From Antedon mediterranea (taxonomy: Eukaryota; Animalia; Echinodermata): a DNA stretch of 64,000 nt. Below, piece after piece: positions 60,849 to 64,000 of this stretch. The stretch covers positions 14,308,795 to 14,372,794 of the forward strand of contig NC_092670.1 in assembly GCF_964355755.1 (NCBI RefSeq). Reading direction: 5' to 3'. Positions within the stretch are counted from its first letter, which is position 1. Each line of letters starts with the position of its first letter. Under the pieces are notes generated by a model. The model searched no databases. It was not told the origin of the DNA and was given only the letters and a program-made list of their open reading frames with translations. The translations under genes were made by a program, and so were the position numbers.

Positions 60849-61112
60849 ATATTGGAGACCCTATTGTGACAGAGTATCCTAATGACACAATAATAGATAC
60901 AGATTCTGGACAGCCAACAGCTTTATACAACTGGACAGCTCCAGTTGCTACAGATAATTCTGGTACAGCTGTCATTGTCTTTTACGAAATCAATGGAATG
61001 ACCTGTAGCAGTCCATCTTACGAATTTCCAATAGGATCCAGCGTAGTAACAGTAAATGTGTCCGACCAATCTGGAAACAGCGTCTCGGGGATGTTTAACG
61101 TCACTGTTGAAG
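60849..61112 (+). CDS. Gene 2 HYR exon lacking both conserved cysteines
   Basis: DIGDPIVTEYPND...SVSGMFNVTVE, 264 nt, phase 1-1. Confidence 0.85.
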
Positions 61113-62024
61113 GTAATTAAAAAAATTCTATGAACATCTACGTACATACTTTAGGAAAAAAGTTTTGTTCACAATAATTATACTCTATATAGACGTGTGT
61201 CTAGCATTGAAGATGTATAGAAGGCACAATACTCTATACTGTACTATAGTTATGTTGGAATCAGTTTACTCAATCAAACATTTAAAATCACAGTGTTGAA
61301 ATGAATATTAATAAATGCTATTTCGTCTTTGAAAAAACAATGAATTATGTCAAAATAAATAATGACTTTTAGCCTACTGAGCATGTCATTTATTATTATC
61401 TATTGGCACAGATGATGTGTCGACTGTGCAGCTAGTGCCTGTGCCAAAAGACAACATGATAAATGTTAATAGTCGACCTTCCTTCCAGATAGAAAACAAG
61501 TCATCATTCGCACTGTTGATAATGCCCCAATTCTCAGAGCACTGAATCTCAAATACTACAATATTTGCCCGGTATCATAAGAATATTATTTGTTAATACA
61601 GTATCTCATTTGTATAAATCTGGTGCATGTATGATGAAAGGTTATGTCACTTTTTTCTTTTTTTCAAATTCAGATGTTACATGCACGGTTGACTGTGCCA
61701 GTAGCCAATCCCCTGGGCCAGCCGGCTAGCCTATAGTTATATATCACTTTCTCTGAAATTATAATCAATATACAGTATAATTGATAACATTTAACACAAC
61801 CATACTTACTGCTTAGTGTACCAATATTCTTTATTTAGGTAAGTAAGAGAGATAAGGTATTTTAGGGTAAATTCCACCAGCAAAATTATGGTACTGTATG
61901 ATACCTATTGTATCTCAACACAATAGTGAATCTCAACAATAACAAGGAAAAAGGTGAATGTGAAATTTAATCAATGTTGCGTGTCAGATTGTGTTACCTA
62001 AATAAAGTTTTTAGTATCAACAAC

Positions 62025-64000
62025 TAGTGTAGGCCACTATGTAATTTCGTGTCATTTTTTTGTTAAAAGCAAAATTCCAGCTGATTTAGTGTCTTTAGGA
62101 TGTAAAGTAATGAAAAAAATATGTTGCCATTTTTTTAAAAAAGCTTAAGGGTGTCAAATCCAAGATGGCCGCCAATACGTAAAATATCCAATAAATGTAC
62201 CATATTGGACAAAGTAACACCCATTATGAATAATATTTTAAGTTCATATGGGTTCTCTGGTATATAAGAATTATTATAAACCTATATTCATTAGTATTCT
62301 GACATTTTGAATTTCAAAATGGCCGCCATTTTAAAAAAATGGATTAAATTTCTTATTAAAACATGTGCAAGTTATGACGTTGATTGAAATCACATAAAAT
62401 GATAGGCCTATGACAACAACATTGGTGATTAACACAAAATGGCGGCCATTTTGAATTTTAAAATGGCCGCCATTTTTTTAAATGGGTTAAATTTCTTATT
62501 AAAACTTGTATAAGTTAAATAAAATTAGATTGAAATATACAAAATGATATGTTTATGACAACAACATGGTGATTAACACAAAATGTTGACCATCATTAGG
62601 TCTACAGTACTGACAGTACACTTCTTCATATTAAAAGATCTCATAAACTTCTTCAGTTAAATGACAACTAACTCTGCCAAAGTCCTTCAATGAAATGATT
62701 CTAATCTTGAATGCGATACAGTAAGTTGACCTTCCTTCATTCTCTACTACTGTATCCATCAAACTTCCACAGACTGATCTGCGTTCCCAACAACCTTGTT
62801 CAGAAACAAATTGGCAAAATAACTGAAATACCTCATTCCACCGGCAAATAATCTCTATAGGAGTCTTCTTTTACTTTGATAAGTTTGTCACCTGTATTCA
62901 CCGTCATATATATTTTTTGCCAATATTCGTCTTTTTCTTAGGATCCCATATTATATAGACAGTTTGCCTTCTACAAGACTTTTACCAATGCCTCAAACAT
63001 TTTCTGTCCAATTTCATCATGCCATGGCCAACAAACACCTTTGTGCGAATTGCAGAATTCTTCATTAATCGGGATATCATCTCTCTTTAAATGTTAACTA
63101 AATTTGCCAGCTCTGATGAAATCATTAATTTGTGTTATTCCAATGATACCACGCTCAATGACCCTGATCAATTGATGTAAATCCAGCAAGTCCCACACAT
63201 ACATGTCCTCTCATATACATACCATACTGTATATAGGGATATAGTTTAACCACATCATTTAGATTTCGTCGACTCTCTGTATTCAAGTTAATATCTTTAT
63301 GATCAGCCTCTTTCAAACAAAATGATACTTAACTTAGAATATTTTGGATTGTTTGTACTACCTTTTTTAATGTTTTTTATATTTTTATATTTCATGTTAT
63401 TTTTCTGAGTGAAACGCTTTTGTTAAACTTCAATCTTTCGACTGCAATAAAGTTCTATTCGTTTTCGTATTCGTATAAACTCCAATATCTGTAATTTGTT
63501 TCAGTAATCTGTTGAAATTGATAAAGCGGAAGTAACCGATTGAAATATTTGATGTGTACTTTCCATGGGTGCAGATATCGTTTTCTTGTGTCTCGGACAT
63601 ATAGGCCTATAGGGATATAGTTTAACCATATCATTTAGATTTCGTCGACTCTAGCAGCCTCTTTTAAACAAAATGATACTTCACTTAGAATCTCTTTCTC
63701 TGTCTGCATTTGTAGAAGCAAGTTGTAGAGAGAAAGCGGAATTAGTGTGCTTTTGTCCTTTAGAGATGTTTTCCATTTAAGATATTTGTGTCACTGGTTG
63801 TATAGGTAATACAAGTTCACAAAAGCACTTGCCTCAACACTATTTTCACAATGCTACATTTCCAAAAGCCATATAGTTCACCGGGTCGACATAATAATTG
63901 CTTTTTGATGTTATCTCTGTCCACCTCCACTCATCTCGGGCAAGAGTCATCACCAGGCATTCTTGTCTTTCCCTAGTACATGAGTTTTTATACCACAGCC
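62025..64000 (-). mobile_element. Decayed DNA-transposon relic (possibly Academ-like)
   Basis: Repeated aaaatggccgccatttt motifs 62160-62480; broken minus-strand peptides IGQKMFEA, EGKLSI.WD.KK, VNTGDKLIKVKED; family call from recall only. Confidence 0.35.

Overview
AT-rich animal (eukaryotic) genomic DNA; the hyalin-type gene content suggests a marine invertebrate such as an echinoderm (inference). Most short ORFs in the track are single exons read through into introns. Positions 1-44436 hold the 3' part of one giant + strand gene, reconstructed from GT-AG boundaries with consistent phases. It encodes at least 46 HYR (hyalin-repeat) domains (counted by eye; the first is cut by the window edge): 45 in tandem, then EGF-cbEGF-SEA-EGF, HYR, a degenerate SEA, EGF-cbEGF-SEA-EGF, one transmembrane helix and a cytoplasmic tail with NPxY. 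Its first 6 kb is a recent ~1.9-kb four-exon tandem amplification. A second HYR gene starts at 50926 with a signal-peptide exon. Introns and the intergenic region are rich in mobile elements. The most striking is a ~910-bp-per-arm head-to-head Penelope palindrome with a 15-bp TSD and a minimal hammerhead-ribozyme motif at each end, nested in a Rex1/Babar-like LINE. Also present: a solo intronic hammerhead motif, TTAA (Kolobok-type) MITEs with empty sites in the paralogous repeats, Helitron and Helentron-like elements, SINEs and a P-type MITE. All calls are by eye; no database search was run.
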